This document shows positions 11,874 to 21,912 of a stretch of 64,000 bases of DNA, piece after piece (within the stretch, counting starts at the first letter, position 1; the number at the start of each line of letters is the position of its first letter). The position numbers were made by a program, and so were the translations under genes. The notes beneath the pieces are model-generated. The model saw nothing but the letters and a program-made list of their open reading frames with translations, was not told the DNA's origin and made no database searches. This DNA is from Candidatus Sulfomarinibacteraceae bacterium (GTDB lineage Bacteria > Acidobacteriota > Thermoanaerobaculia > Thermoanaerobaculales > Sulfomarinibacteraceae), in assembly GCA_963796455.1 (NCBI GenBank), contig CAWCLO010000001.1:864001-928000 (forward strand), written 5' to 3'.

Positions 11874-13227
11874 ATGAATCATTCTTTGTCAGGCCTGGTC
11901 GCCCTATCGATGGCATTTTCAATCGCGGCATGTGGCGGGAGTGGGACGGTGGATATGGAATCCTCGATGTCGACTGAAGACGAAGTGAGACAAGAACTCG
12001 CCCGGCTCGTGGCCGGTGGCGGGGATCCGACCCGTGAGCTCGCCGGGCTCGCGGTGGCGGTCCTGCGGGGTGGTGAGGTGGTTTTCGAGGACACCTACGG
12101 GCGCGCCAAAATCGACCCCGGGGGTGAACAGGATCGCGCACTCACACCCGATAACCTCATGCGGATTGCATCGATTTCCAAAACCCTCTCCGCCATCGTT
12201 GTCATGCAGTTGGTGGAGGAAGGCACACTCGACCTGGATCGTGACGTCTCGGAATACCTGGGGTGGGAGCTTCGCAATCCGAACTACCCCGATCGGGCCA
12301 TCACCCTGCGGTACCTGCTCGCCCACGTCTCCTCGATTCGCGACGCGGGAGAGTCCTACATCATCCGCTACCCACGAGCGCTGCAGGAGGCCTTCGACCC
12401 GGCCGATCCCGGATTTCGGAGAAAGATTTCAGACCGCCGACGAGGGCAGGGACCGGGGACCAGGGGTCTTCTTCGAGTACTGCAATTTGAACTACGGTGT
12501 GATCGGCACTGTACTCGAAAAGGTGACCGGGGTCCGGTTCGACGTCCTGATGGGCGAGCGCTTTTTCGACCCGCTGGGTCTGCCTGGTGGTTTCAACGTC
12601 GCCGACCTTTCCGAGGGCGATCAGCAGATGGTGGCGACCCTCTATCGCAAACGCGACCGGGAGGATGTCTGGCATCCCGATGGTGAATGGGTGGCCCAGG
12701 TGGACGATCTGAGCTCGGGTATCCCGACGGCGCTGCCGGATGACGCTGCATATGTCCCGGGAAACAACGGCGCACAATTCAGCCCGCAGGGCGGGGCCCG
12801 GTTGTCGCTGAAGGGCCTCGAGACCCTGGCGATGCTCTTCCTCGGCGACGGCAGCGTGGGAGAGATCCAAATGCTGTCTCCAGAGGGTATGGCGGAGCTG
12901 CGGCGCGAGGTCTGGCGGTACGATTCGGAGAAACAGAACCTTGACGACTCCGACGGCACTCTCAATGCCTGGGCGGCAGGAATTCGGATCATCACCAGTG
13001 AAACCACAGGAGACCGCCTTTTCGCCGGCGACGACCGCGAGTGGTACGGACATTTTGGCGAGGCCTACGGGCTCCTTGCCGGCGTCTGGGCCCACCCCGA
13101 ATCAGGCGACGCCGTGATCTATGCGATCACCGGGTCCGCCTTCAACCCCAGCGCCGATGAGGGCCCCACCAGCACCCTCGCGCCCGTCGAGGCCCAAATC
13201 CTCGCCCAACTCGGGAGCTTGCTGTAG
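11874..13227 (+). CDS. Serine hydrolase, beta-lactamase family lipoprotein; frameshift near 12410
   Basis: Lipobox IAAC; RIASISK (SxxK), LLAHVSSI, EYCNLNY, GHFGEAYG split across two ORFs. Confidence 0.85.
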
Positions 13228-13281
13228 CTCAAGCTAAGCGAAGGCTCCACCTCAATTCGCTTCCGAGCCCTAATGGGCGCT

Positions 13282-13416
13282 GGGGAAATTGGGGAAAGGG
13301 AGAAAGGGAGATCGCCCGTTCGCCCTGTCGATCGGCGTCGCGTCGAGAGCGAAAGCGATTTCTTTTCTGCGTTCATCTGCGTGATCTGCGGTTTCTCCGT
13401 CTCGCATCGCCACCGG
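13282..13416 (+). repeat. Family B dispersed repeat, copy 1
   Basis: Purine-rich GGGGAAAG-like units, then GGGAGATCG..TTCGCCCTGTCGAT..GAGCGA, TCTGCGTTCATCTGCGTGATCTGCGGTTTCTCCGTCTCGC..CGCCACCGG; matches 14944-15082 and 15327-15456. Confidence 0.88.
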
Positions 13417-13459
13417 ACACCCTAACCCTTGCCCGCCGAATGGGTCGGAGACCGTCCAC

Positions 13460-14896
13460 TCAACTCACAATCAAATAGATGATCACCGCAACCGCTCCAC
13501 CGACGAGGGCGTAGGGAATCTGGGTTCGCACGTGGTCCATGTGATCCGATGCCGAGGCCATGGACGAAATGATGGTGGTGTCGGAGATCGGCGAGCAGTG
13601 GTCGCCGAAGACGCCGCCACCCAGCACCGCGGCAAGATAGAGCGGCAAGGGGCCACCCTGAGCCGCGGCCAGCGGCACCGCGATCGGCACCATGAGGGCG
13701 AAGGTCCCCCATGATGTGCCGGTGGCGAAGGCCATGAAGGAGGCGAGGACAAAAGACCCGGCAACGGCCACTTTGGCTCCGGTGGCGCCGCCGATGATCG
13801 CCGCCACATAGGCGCCCGTACCCAACTCCCGCACGACGCTCCCCAGAGCGAAGGCAAGCACCAAAAGGGTGACGACGGGGATCATGCCCCCCATCCCTTT
13901 GAAAATGTGATCGACGAATTGCCGTCCCGACATGCGGCAGGGCCCCAGGGCGATCACCGCCAGCACCGCCAGGCTCGCCAGGACCGCCCAGAGGACGGCG
14001 GTGGAACCGGAACTGGCCTGGATCATCTCCCAGAGGCCCGCGTCCGGGGAGCTTCCCCGCCTGCCGGTAACGAGAATGCCGGCCACGATGGCGCCGACCA
14101 TGGTCACCACCGGAAGAACCAGATAGAGGGCCCTCGGCCGGACACCCGGATCCGGTGTCGCCGCCAGCACCTCCTCGGCCACCATCGGTTGGGCGCCGTC
14201 CGCCAAGAGCTTTCCCTCTTCGAGCGCGCGGCGTTCGGCCGACCGCATGGGGCCGAAATCCCGACCGGCCAGAATCGTCACCAGCACCAGCACGATGGCC
14301 AGCATGGGGTAGAAATTCCAGCGAATACTGGCGAGAAGGACGGCAACCGGGTTGGCCACATCCTGCACGGCGAGAAGCCCGATCACCAACGCGCCCCAAC
14401 CATTGAATGGAACCAGTATGCATACGGGGGCGGAGGTGGAGTCACAGATATAGGCGAGCTTTTCCCGGCTCACACGGTAACGATCGGTGAGCGGCCGTCC
14501 CACGGTGCCCGCCACAAGGGCGGTGATTGAGCTCTCTACCGTGATCAGGACACCGAGCAGAAAGGGCACCATCTGTGCCTGCCGGCGGTTGGTGACCCAG
14601 CGGCGATCGGCAACCGCGGCAACAAAGCCCTCGACCCCTCCGGTGGCGCTGATCAGTGTCAGGACGGAGCCGACGAGAAGGCTGTAAAGCAGGATCCGAG
14701 TATTGCCCGCATCCTGAAACACACCCACAATGGAGTTGACTGTCGAACCGGTCGCGGTGACAGGGTTCCAGCCCGCAACAACCAGCCAGCCCATCCATAC
14801 GCCGAGAAGAAGAGCCGGGTAGATCTGCTTCTTCCACAAGGCCAGACCGAGCGCGGCCAGCGGAGGCAGCAGGGACCAGAAACCAAAGCTCTCCAT
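13460..14896 (-). CDS. Na+/H+ antiporter NhaC-family membrane protein
   Basis: SLLPPLAALGLA, SREKLAYICDSTSAP, FATGTSWGTF, GGVFGDHCSPISDTTIISS, DHVRTQIPY. Confidence 0.92.
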   Translation of the reverse strand: MESFGFWSLLPPLAALGLALWKKQIYPALLLGVWMGWLVVAGWNPVTATGSTVNSIVGVFQDAGNTRILLYSLLVGSVLTLISATGGVEGFVAAVADRRWVTNRRQAQMVPFLLGVLITVESSITALVAGTVGRPLTDRYRVSREKLAYICDSTSAPVCILVPFNGWGALVIGLLAVQDVANPVAVLLASIRWNFYPMLAIVLVLVTILAGRDFGPMRSAERRALEEGKLLADGAQPMVAEEVLAATPDPGVRPRALYLVLPVVTMVGAIVAGILVTGRRGSSPDAGLWEMIQASSGSTAVLWAVLASLAVLAVIALGPCRMSGRQFVDHIFKGMGGMIPVVTLLVLAFALGSVVRELGTGAYVAAIIGGATGAKVAVAGSFVLASFMAFATGTSWGTFALMVPIAVPLAAAQGGPLPLYLAAVLGGGVFGDHCSPISDTTIISSMASASDHMDHVRTQIPYALVGGAVAVIIYLIVS

Positions 14897-14943
14897 GGTT
14901 CGCGAATATACACCAGGCTCTGCCCGACCCCCTGCCGATGTGA

Positions 14944-15082
14944 CCGGAGGAGAGGGTGAAAGGGTGAAAGGGGGAAAGGGAGATCGTCCATTCGCCCTGC
15001 CGATGACGGTCGCATCAAGAGCGATTTGTTATCTGCGTCCATCTGCGTGGTCTGCGGTTTCGCCGTCTCGCCCCGCCACCGG
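14944..15082 (+). repeat. Family B dispersed repeat, copy 2
   Basis: (GGGTGAAA)2GGGGGAAAGGGAGATCGTCCATTCGCCCTG...CGCCACCGG. Confidence 0.88.
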
Positions 15083-15179
15083 AAATCCCACCCAGACCTC
15101 ACCTCCGCTCCCGAGCCCGATCCCGGCAGGGAGAACCACCCGGCGCCGATTCCTCCTGCATGGGAATGCCGCCTCCCGA

Positions 15180-15293
15180 TGTCATCCTGAGCGGAGCCCC
15201 ACAGGGGCGTAGTCGAAGGATCTATGTGCTGGACCGGAACGCCCGTGAGCCGCAGATCCTTCGACTTCGGCTTCGCCTCCGCTCAGGATGACA
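15180..15293. repeat. CGTC/TGTC-type REP doublet
   Basis: TGTCATCCTGAGCGGAG...AGTCGAAGGATCT is inverted to AGATCCTTCGACT...CTCCGCTCAGGATGACA; a single unit also occurs at 52817-52860. Confidence 0.85.
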
Positions 15294-15326
15294 TCTTGAA
15301 CGTCCGTTCCGTTCCCGATCTCGTTC

Positions 15327-15456
15327 CCGATGTACCGGAGGAAAGGGTGAAAGGGAGATCGTCCATTCGCCCTGTCGATGACGGTCGCATCGAGAGCGAT
15401 TTGTCATCTGCGTCCATCTGCGTGGTCTGCGGTTTCTCCGTCTCGCCTCGCCACCG
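15327..15456 (+). repeat. Family B dispersed repeat, copy 3
   Basis: Near-identical direct repeat of copy 2. Confidence 0.88.
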
Positions 15457-15549
15457 AGAACCTGACCCGTCCCTGATGCACAGAAAAAAGCCCCGGAGGG
15501 GCGACAGATCAGAGTAAACCGCCGGGGCTCGAGACTCCGAACGAACTCC

Positions 15550-17596
15550 CTAGCGAACGGGGCCGTTCTGAAAGAGCGGTTCGTTCTCGATCATTCGACG
15601 CATCTCGGGATCGCCCGCTTCGTAGGCGAGTCGGACCCGCTCCCGCCAATCAGGTTCACCCAATACGACGCTGGCCTGGGCACGCTTTAAAACGGCCATG
15701 GCATAGCCGGGATGATCTCGAGGCACCTGATCCAGGGCCTGGGCCGCTTCGAAGGGGCGTCGGGACGCCAGATAACAGACGCCGAGCTCGAGATGGCGGT
15801 TGAAGGCCTCGCCCTGGAGTCTCCGCGCCTCCTCGAAAGCCCTGATCGCCGCCGGCGTATCGGTCATCGCCATCTCGATTTCTCCGAGCCTCACCCAGTC
15901 TGCTGCGGGTGCCTCCTTCAAGACGACGATCCGCTGGAGCAAGCGGGCGGCATCCTCATATCGGCCCTCACTTTCGCGAATTCGCGCCAGCGCTTCCAGG
16001 GCGGGCAGCTTGCGAGGCATGGCGACCAGGACCTGCTCGAAGAGAGGCGCCGACAGATCCCAGTGTCGAAATCGAAAATAGTGCATCGCCAGGTAGTGCT
16101 GCAGATCGATCGATCCGGGGTGGATCTCTTCCGCCCTCGCGAAGAGCCGCCCGGCCTGTTCCTCATCACCGAGGACCGAGTGCGCCACGGCGAGCCGCAC
16201 CGCCACCATCAGATTCATGGGGTCTTCTTCAAATACCTTTTCAAAGACCCTGATAGAGGCCTCGAACTCGTCCCGGGCAAAAAGGGCAGAACCCTCGTCG
16301 AGATCGCCGAAAAGGTGGGTCATGCTTCTGGGGCTCGGGGCATTCTCACGAACCGTGACCGGGCCATCCCATCCCACATAACCCAGGGCCGCCAGTTGCC
16401 GTCTGGTCTCCTCATCAAGGGTGTCGGAAGTGGCTTCCTCGGCACCGGCGGGCACCAATGCATAGTCACGAATCGCCTCGAAGATCTCCAGGTCGATTGC
16501 CACCGATTGACTCAGATCAACGGATTCCGAGGGATCAGTTCGCAGATCGTAGACTTCGGTCTCATCCGTCTGGATGACCTTGATCGAGTCCTTGACGGCC
16601 ATCACCTGGGGCTGCCACCCGTATTGAAGGAAGGGCTTCAATGCCTCCCCGATGACCACCTCCGGATCGGAGCTCAACAAATCGAAATCCGAATCGAGAC
16701 CGGCCCACCCGAGGATGGTGTCAAAGACCCGTCGGGTGCTGACCGCGGTCTCCACTTGCGCAATCGGGATCCCGGCTGCCCGCCACCACCAACGGCACCC
16801 GCATCACGCCGCTGTACAGCAGATTCCCGTGGAACAGCTCACCGTGATCCCCGAGCCCCTCGCCGTGATCGCCGACAACCACGATCTTCGACTCTCCCCC
16901 ATCAAGACGCCTCTCAAAGGCCTCGATCAACCGCCCCAACTCGTGGTCCATATACGCGATCTCGCCAAGGTAGGGTGCGGACGCGTAGCGGGAAGCGAAT
17001 GGTTCCGGAGGCGCATAGGGATCGTGGGGATCGAAATAGTGGACCCAGACGAAAACCGGTCCGCGAAGCTTGGTCTCGAGATACGCGAGCGCCTGATCAG
17101 TGGTCGGTCCGGCAGCCCGTTCGGCGTTGCCCTTACCCATATCATCGTCATAGTGATCGAATCCCCGCGCCAGCCCGAAACGCCGTTTGAGCGGGTATCC
17201 CGAGATGAACGCTGCGGTCGAATAGCCCTCCTGCCGGAGGCGCTCCGCAAGGAGACTTCGCTCCTCATCAAGAAAACGTGAATTTTCCCGAATGCCATGT
17301 TCCGAGGGGTAGAGCCCGGTCATTATCGAGGTATGAGACGGCAGGGTCATGGGTACGGTGGTAAAGGCCTGCTTGAAGCGCACTCCCCTGGCGGCCAGAG
17401 CATCGAGCGCCGGTGTCTCCACGGCATCGGACTCGAAACCGATACTGTCGGCCCGGGTGGTATCCAGGGTGACCAGAAGAATGGACGGCGCGGACGGATC
17501 GACCTTTACCGGAGCCTGCGGTTGCTCCGGCGAGCACGAAACACATCCCAGTGCGAGCACGACGACGATCGGAACCCGGGCGTTTTGACTGAACAT
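15550..17596 (-). CDS. Sulfatase-like hydrolase with C-terminal TPR repeats; frameshift near 16770
   Basis: Lipobox LGC; LLVTLDTTRAD, TLPSH, HYFDPHDPY, GDHGEGLGDHGE; LAALGYV followed by TPR-like helices. Confidence 0.85.
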
Positions 17597-17715
17597 GAGG
17601 AGATCCTATCGCAAGGGCCTTCGCAACGGTAGACCCTGGAGTCGAAGATGTATGATGCTCGAAATCCGCGGACCTGTATGATGCTGGCCGCAAAACGCGC
17701 ACTACGAGGCGATGA

Positions 17716-18720
17716 ATGACCCAGCTCCGCCATCACACCGTCGATCTCCAACTCCGGCACACCTTTCGCCTGGCTCGGGGGGACAGCGACTCCCGCCGGG
17801 TTCTCATCGTGGAAATCGAGCACGATGGTCTCGTCGGTCGCGGAGAGGCCGCGCCCATCGCCCGCTACGGGCAGGATGCCGTGTCGGCCGCGCGGGCCGC
17901 CGAGGCGATGGTCGCTCGCCTGGACGACCTCCGATGCTTCGATTCGGCGGCAGCCCGCGTTGCGGTCGCTGGTGAGCCCGCGGCAGAGGCCGCCATCGAC
18001 ATGGCTCTGCGCGATCTGGCCGGCAAGAGATTGGGAGTGCCGGTCTACGAAATGATGGGAATCGACCCGGGCACCATGCCGGTGACCTCCTTCACCATCG
18101 GAATGGATACTCCCGAGGTGATCGAACAGAAGGTCCGCGAGGCCGAAGCCTACGAGGTTCTCAAGGTCAAGATGGGCTCCCCCGACGACCACCTCGTGCT
18201 CGAAACGGTTCGCGGTCTGACGGACCGCACGGTGAGGGTGGACGCCAACGAGGGTTGGTCGTTGGGCAATGCTCTCGCTCGCCTCGAATGGCTGAAGTCC
18301 CTCGGTGTGGAACTCGTGGAGCAGCCGCTTCCCGCCGACAAGCTCGATGAGATGCGTGAGTTGAAGAGACAGAGCCCGCTGCCGCTCATCGCCGACGAAA
18401 GCGTCGGGCGCGCCGAGGATATTCCGCAGCTGGCCGAGTCGTTCGACGGCATCAACATCAAGCTGATGAAATGCGGTGGCCTCGGCGAGGCCCTGCGCAT
18501 GATTCACGTCGCCCGCGCCCACGGATTGAAGATCATGCTGGGCTGCATGGTGGAGTCGTCCATGGCGATCACCGCCGCCGCGCATCTCGCCCCTCTCGTT
18601 GACTATGTCGACCTCGACGGAAATCTCCTGATCACTAATGATCCGTTCATCGGGGCCTCGGTTCGAGACGGCAAACTGGTCTTGCCATCCGAACCGGGTT
18701 TGGGTGTGCGGGACCGATAA
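17716..18720 (+). CDS. Dipeptide epimerase (L-Ala-D/L-Glu epimerase, enolase superfamily)
   Basis: KVKMG, VDANEGW, VEQP, ADES, NIKLMKCGG, GCMVES, DLDG. Confidence 0.92.
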   Translation: MTQLRHHTVDLQLRHTFRLARGDSDSRRVLIVEIEHDGLVGRGEAAPIARYGQDAVSAARAAEAMVARLDDLRCFDSAAARVAVAGEPAAEAAIDMALRDLAGKRLGVPVYEMMGIDPGTMPVTSFTIGMDTPEVIEQKVREAEAYEVLKVKMGSPDDHLVLETVRGLTDRTVRVDANEGWSLGNALARLEWLKSLGVELVEQPLPADKLDEMRELKRQSPLPLIADESVGRAEDIPQLAESFDGINIKLMKCGGLGEALRMIHVARAHGLKIMLGCMVESSMAITAAAHLAPLVDYVDLDGNLLITNDPFIGASVRDGKLVLPSEPGLGVRDR

Positions 18721-18733
18721 CTGGATACAACAA

Positions 18734-19633
18734 ATGCCTTTTGTCATCGGAATCGACGCGGGCGGCACCAAGACAGTGGGGATCCTGGCCGACGAGACCG
18801 GAAAGGTGATTTCCAAAACCATTTCCGGCAGCGCCAACCTGGTGATGAAGGGAGAGCTCGCGGTCGAGAAGGTCCTTTTCGACGTGATCGAGTCGCTCGA
18901 AGCTCCCGAACCGCTGGCTGCTCTCTGTCTCGGCATCGCCGGTGTGGGGCAGCCCGGTGCCGATCAGTTGATCCGCGACGTGCTTCGCCGCCTCGGCCAG
19001 CGCCAGCCGGTCCGGGTGGTCAACGACGCCCTGGTGGCTCTCGTGGCCGGCGCACCGGCCGGCATCGGAATCGTGGTCGTGGCCGGTACCGGCTCCATCG
19101 CCTACGGTGTGGATCCCGAGGGTCACGAGGCCCGGTCCGGTGGTTGGGGCTACCTCCTCGGCGACGAGGGCTCGGCCTTCTGGCTCGGCCACTATGCGGT
19201 GAGGCACGCCATCCGTGCCGCCGACGGGCGGGGGGTCGCCACCACGCTCTACTCGCTGATCTGCGAAAAACTCGGAGTCTCGGACCCCACCGAGCTGGTG
19301 GAGTGGTTCTACGACCAGGAGCTCTCTCGCAACCGGGTCGCCGATCTGGCTCCCCTGGTCGAAACGGCCTGGGCAGACGGCGACGAGGCGGCGGAAACCC
19401 TCATGGATCAGGCAAGCAAGCACCTCGCCAAGGCCGCCAAAGCGGTGGCCGGACAACTCGTCTTTCCCGGTCGTTATCCCATCGTCCTCGCCGGTGGCGC
19501 CTTCAAGGCCTGCCCGAGCCTCGCCCCGCGTGTCGCCGGGCTGCTCGCTGAACTGCCCGAGGCGGAAGTTCGGCTGCTCGAGGTCGAACCGGCCATGGGC
19601 GCCGTCACGCTGGCCCTGGAGCTGTTGCAGTGA
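18734..19633 (+). CDS. BadF/BadG/BcrA/BcrD-type GlcNAc/MurNAc kinase (MurK-like)
   Basis: GIDAGGTKT, VVNDA, VAGTGSIAYG, RSGGWGYLLGDEGSAFWLG. Confidence 0.9.
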   Translation: MPFVIGIDAGGTKTVGILADETGKVISKTISGSANLVMKGELAVEKVLFDVIESLEAPEPLAALCLGIAGVGQPGADQLIRDVLRRLGQRQPVRVVNDALVALVAGAPAGIGIVVVAGTGSIAYGVDPEGHEARSGGWGYLLGDEGSAFWLGHYAVRHAIRAADGRGVATTLYSLICEKLGVSDPTELVEWFYDQELSRNRVADLAPLVETAWADGDEAAETLMDQASKHLAKAAKAVAGQLVFPGRYPIVLAGGAFKACPSLAPRVAGLLAELPEAEVRLLEVEPAMGAVTLALELLQ

Positions 19634-20403
19634 ACTCCTCCGGCAACCGAGTACTGATCGTCAACGCGGACGATCTCGGACGGACCTCCGGCATCAACTC
19701 CGGCATCTTCGAGGCCCACAACGACGGCCTGGTCACCAGCGCGACCCTGATGGTCGCGTACGCCGCGGCCGAGGAAGCCGCCTCCCGGCTCGATGACTTT
19801 CCCGACCTGGGAGTCGGCCTCCACGTCGCCCTGACCGGAGGCCCCTCGATCCTGCCCGCGGAACGTCTGCCAAGCCTGACCGATGGTCTCGGGCGTCTTC
19901 CGGCAAAACCCGAGGGACTCGTGCAACCGGCTCTTGAGGAAGTGATGCTGGAGGCGAGGGCGCAATTCGATCGTTTTCTCGAACTCACCGGTCGCCTGCC
20001 GACCCACCTGGACAGCCACCACCATTCACACCGTCATCCAGTGGTCTGCGAAGCACTGATCGCCTTGGCCCGGGAACACGATCTCCCGATTCGCAATGCC
20101 TCCCCGGATGTCGGGGAACTGGTTCGCCGCCAGGGGGTCACCACCACCGACTCCTTCGTCGAAGACTTCTTCGGAGAAGACGCACAGCTCGGCAACCTGA
20201 TCGGGATTCTCGGCAACATACGACCCGGAGTCACCGAGATCATGTGCCACCCCGCTCGGGTTGACGACGAGCTGCGCTCGAGCAGCAGTTACGCCGACGA
20301 GAGGGACCGCGAGCTCGAGGTGCTGACCTCGGCGCCCGCCCTGCAGGCGGTGCAGGAGCTCGGTCTGCGCTCCGCCCACTTCGGAACGGCATGGAAATCC
20401 TGA
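19630..20403 (+). CDS. ChbG/HpnK (YdjC) family carbohydrate deacetylase
   Basis: IVNADDLG, TSATLM, GLHVAL, THLDSHHH, EIMCHP. Confidence 0.93.
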   Translation: MNSSGNRVLIVNADDLGRTSGINSGIFEAHNDGLVTSATLMVAYAAAEEAASRLDDFPDLGVGLHVALTGGPSILPAERLPSLTDGLGRLPAKPEGLVQPALEEVMLEARAQFDRFLELTGRLPTHLDSHHHSHRHPVVCEALIALAREHDLPIRNASPDVGELVRRQGVTTTDSFVEDFFGEDAQLGNLIGILGNIRPGVTEIMCHPARVDDELRSSSSYADERDRELEVLTSAPALQAVQELGLRSAHFGTAWKS

Positions 20404-20439
20404 GACGTCCAGGCCCGGCAGCGTCGCGGGAGATAGCCG

Positions 20440-21912
20440 ATGAGCGTCGGCGCCATCGACCTCGGGATTCTCGCGATCTATCTCGCGGGTGTCGTTGCGC
20501 TCGGTCTGTGGATCGGCCGCAAGGCCGGCACCGTGTCCGACTACGTGGTTGGCGGACGCGACCGACCGTGGTGGTTGATCCTTTTCTCGATCGTCGCCAC
20601 CGAAACCAGCACCGTCACCTTTCTCAGCATCCCCGGTTTTGCCTACTCGAGGGACATGACCTGGCTGCAGATTCCGCTCGGTTTTCTGCTGGGGCGATTC
20701 GTGGTCGTCTTCCTGCTGCTGCCGCAGTACTTCACGGGGTCGTTCTTCACGGCCTACGACGTGCTCCACAAACGCTTCGGCGGCGCGACCCAGAGGGCGG
20801 CGTCGGCGATGTTCATCATCACCCGCAGCCTGGCCGACGGCCTGCGCCTCTTTCTCTCGGCGATCGTGCTCCAGGAGATGACCGGGATCCCCCTCCACTG
20901 GGCGGTGATCGTCATGGGCGTCGCCACGATCGTCTACACCTTCTTCGGCGGCATCCGGGCGGTCCTGGTGACCGACCTGGTGCAGTTCGTGATCTACATC
21001 GGCGGCGCCATCGCCGCCCTGGCCCTGATCGTTCACCGGCTCCCCGGCGGCTGGGACCAGCTGCTCGCCGTCGGTGAAGCGGCCGGCAAGCTGCGGGTCT
21101 TCGACCTGACGTTCGACTGGAGCCAGCCCTACTGCCTCTGGGCCGGTCTGATCGGCGGGCTCTTCATCACCCTCGGCTCGCACGGGGTCGACCAGATGAT
21201 GGTGCAGCGCTACCTCTGCGCCCGAAACCTCAAGGACGCCCAGCGAGCGCTGTGGGTGGGCGGCTTCGTGGTGGTGGCCCAGTTCGCGCTCTTCCTCCTG
21301 ATCGGTGTCGGGCTCTTCGCCTTCTACCAGACCTTCCCGCCGGACGCGGCTGTTCGAGCGCCGCGATCGCGTCTTCGCGCGGTTCATCCTCGACGAGATC
21401 CCGGTCGGGCGTGCTGGGCATTCTGTTGGGCGCGATTTTTGCCGCCGCCATGTCCACGCTCTCGAGCTCGCTCAACTCCTGCGCCACCGCCGCCGCCAAC
21501 GATTTCTTGTTCACCGGCAAGGCGAAGAAGGCGACGGCCGAAAAACAGCTCCGGGTGGTTCGCATCCTCACCGTGGTCTTCGGTTGCATCCAGATCGCCG
21601 TCGGCATCGCGGGCCAGTGGGTGAAGGCATCGGTCGTCAGCAGCGTGCTGGGGATCGCCGCTTTCACCACCGGGATCGTGCTCGGGGTGTTCTTCCTCGG
21701 GATCTTCGCGAAACGGGTCGGGCAGCGGGCGGCGTTGGCCGGGTTGGTGATCGGGCCTCGCTGCATGAGCACCATCTTCTTTCGCCACCGACCTCGCCTG
21801 GCCCTGGTTCGCCCTGGTCGGTTCGGCCTCACCTTTGCCGCCGGGCTCGGCGCGAGCTTCATCTGGCCGCGCACCGAGGCGAACCGGCCCGATAAGGGGG
21901 CCCCCGTCGTGA
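20440..21912 (+). CDS. Sodium:solute symporter; frameshifted after ~21350, end approximate
   Basis: SIVATETSTVTFLSIPG, YTFFGGIRAV..TDLVQ, HGVDQMMVQRYL, AAAMSTLSSSLNS. Confidence 0.88.

Noticed and set aside
13282..15456. CRISPR array or integron attC sites
   Set aside because: Repeats are ~130 bp and irregularly spaced; no cas or intI gene and no clear RYYYAAC/GTTRRRY boxes.
15484..15530. Terminator for the sulfatase-like gene
   Set aside because: The A-run and GCCCCGG/CCGGGGC stem fit, but the loop is unusually long; too weak to list.
15712..17190. Long antisense ORFs (also 4097-5404, 20026-21387, 30298-31719, 41478-42899, 46515-47888, 50259-51638)
   Set aside because: Shadow frames of GC-rich genes with no recognisable motifs.
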